From IMG/VR virus record IMGVR_UViG_3300030333_005104, positions 1-41,864 of that record: a stretch of DNA of 41,864 nucleotides; one strand, given 5' to 3'. Numbering within the stretch: the stretch's first letter is position 1; every line of letters begins with the position of its first letter. This stretch comes from a virus (taxonomy: Duplodnaviria; Caudoviricetes). The translations under genes were made by a program, and so were the position numbers. Shown here in pieces: positions 41,066-41,864 of this stretch. Under the pieces are notes generated by a model. It was not told the DNA's origin. It did not search any database and was given only the letters and a program-made list of their open reading frames with translations.

Positions 41066-41206
41066 GTTGTTGTTGCTTCCTGTTAGGTTCGGGTGGCAAG
41101 CTCCTATTGCGCCCGCCACGGCTTGTCTTTCGTTGTTGTTGTGGCACAAGCCGCCAGCAGCAGGGAGGAGTTGACCATAACCTCCCTGCTGTGGCGGGGG
41201 CACTAC

Positions 41207-41749
41207 CTACAGCACCTCATGCTTAATCACCTTGGGCACAGGGTGTATCTGGTATCCCAAATGCCTCAACGCACAGCTAGCTGCCGCCCACTCTCCGCTT
41301 GCCTCAATCGAGGCAACGGGCTTGCCTGAGGTGTCCACCAATAGGTAGGCACTGCCCTCTGCCGAGGCCGAGCTAACTCCGCAGCTCGCGCTTTGGTCGC
41401 CGTTAAACTGCTTGAGTGAATGAGTCCGCTTGCCAACGTGGCTGTGCTTCTTCTTCCTCATCAAGCGGATAGGGCCAGTAGTTTTAACCGCTTGCTCAAT
41501 CCACGCCATGATGTACTCCTCCGCCTTGTCCATGTGAATCCATGTGACATGGGGCGACTCTTTAGCACCGTCAATGTACCCCCTGTGCAGTGCGTTATGC
41601 AGGTTGCTGTACATTGACTGCCAGCTTTTGAATGCTGGCGTCCCATCAGCACGCTTCTCGTCCTTGACCAAATCATACAGCTGCTCGGCTGCTTGCTTGA
41701 TCTTAATGTACCGACCTTCCTTACCGTCCTTTACGCTATTGTATACCAT
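41207..41749 (-). CDS. Hypothetical early protein, possibly DNA-binding
   Basis: 180 aa with strong AAGGAGGT RBS; YIKIKQAAE...IDGAK pattern is reminiscent of excisionase-type HTH. Confidence 0.7.
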   Translation of the reverse strand: MVYNSVKDGKEGRYIKIKQAAEQLYDLVKDEKRADGTPAFKSWQSMYSNLHNALHRGYIDGAKESPHVTWIHMDKAEEYIMAWIEQAVKTTGPIRLMRKKKHSHVGKRTHSLKQFNGDQSASCGVSSASAEGSAYLLVDTSGKPVASIEASGEWAAASCALRHLGYQIHPVPKVIKHEVL

Positions 41750-41864
41750 AACTTAAACCTCCTTGTTTGTTTGTTTGTTCACTAACTTTTTGTTTTCCTT
41801 ACCAGCTGCATCCTTCCGCAAGCATTCGATTGTGTCCAGAGCAGTGGATCGAGAAAGGCACTGC

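Noticed and set aside
41066-41203. Long N-terminal extension of the SleB-like ORF in the ORF track
   Set aside because: It runs through a GC hairpin and low-complexity sequence; the ATG at 41065 is more plausible.
41750-41864. Terminal repeat or circular join with the window start
   Set aside because: No convincing shared sequence between the ends, and the ORF at 3-209 has no plausible start here; some sequence is probably missing.
1-41864. Stop-codon reassignment suggested by frequent TAG-containing words
   Set aside because: Long genes are intact in the standard code and TAG is used as a normal stop (e.g. 9522, 24513).
1-41864. Specific host assignment
   Set aside because: Spanin-like genes suggest a diderm host and many genes lack SD motifs, but the sequence alone does not support naming a taxon.

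Overview
The window is a near-complete genome of a tailed dsDNA phage with podovirus-like architecture. I found no host genes, tRNAs, CRISPR array, integrase, DNA/RNA polymerase or primase. Layout: (i) a 5'-truncated + strand ORF resembling a terminase small subunit C-terminus; (ii) a - strand replication/recombination operon (RHH regulator, DnaB helicase, RusA-like locus, T7 gp2.5-like SSB, DUF2800/Cas4-like nuclease, replication initiator, PD-(D/E)XK nuclease, DnaA domain IV-like protein); (iii) a + strand capsid, lysis (holin-like, overlapping spanin-like pair) and endonuclease block; (iv) an inverted - strand TerL-portal-scaffold block; (v) a + strand tail fibre, tail and ejection-protein block ending in a 2863-aa polyvalent protein; (vi) a - strand early region with a macrodomain, an ArfA-like peptide, a SleB-like hydrolase and several long hairpins. 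Most striking observations: a RusA resolvase whose motifs are split between two overlapping open frames; a non-coding 74-bp inverted copy of the initiator-gene iteron/KDKD repeat 34 kb away; ADP-ribosyltransferase-like modules in the giant virion protein delimited by a repeated LRSGTGGG linker, close to a macrodomain gene; a structured non-coding RNA candidate upstream of an unannotated ArfA-like ORF; and apparent avoidance of CCNGG with excess CTAG. All family calls come from motif recognition by eye, not database searches.
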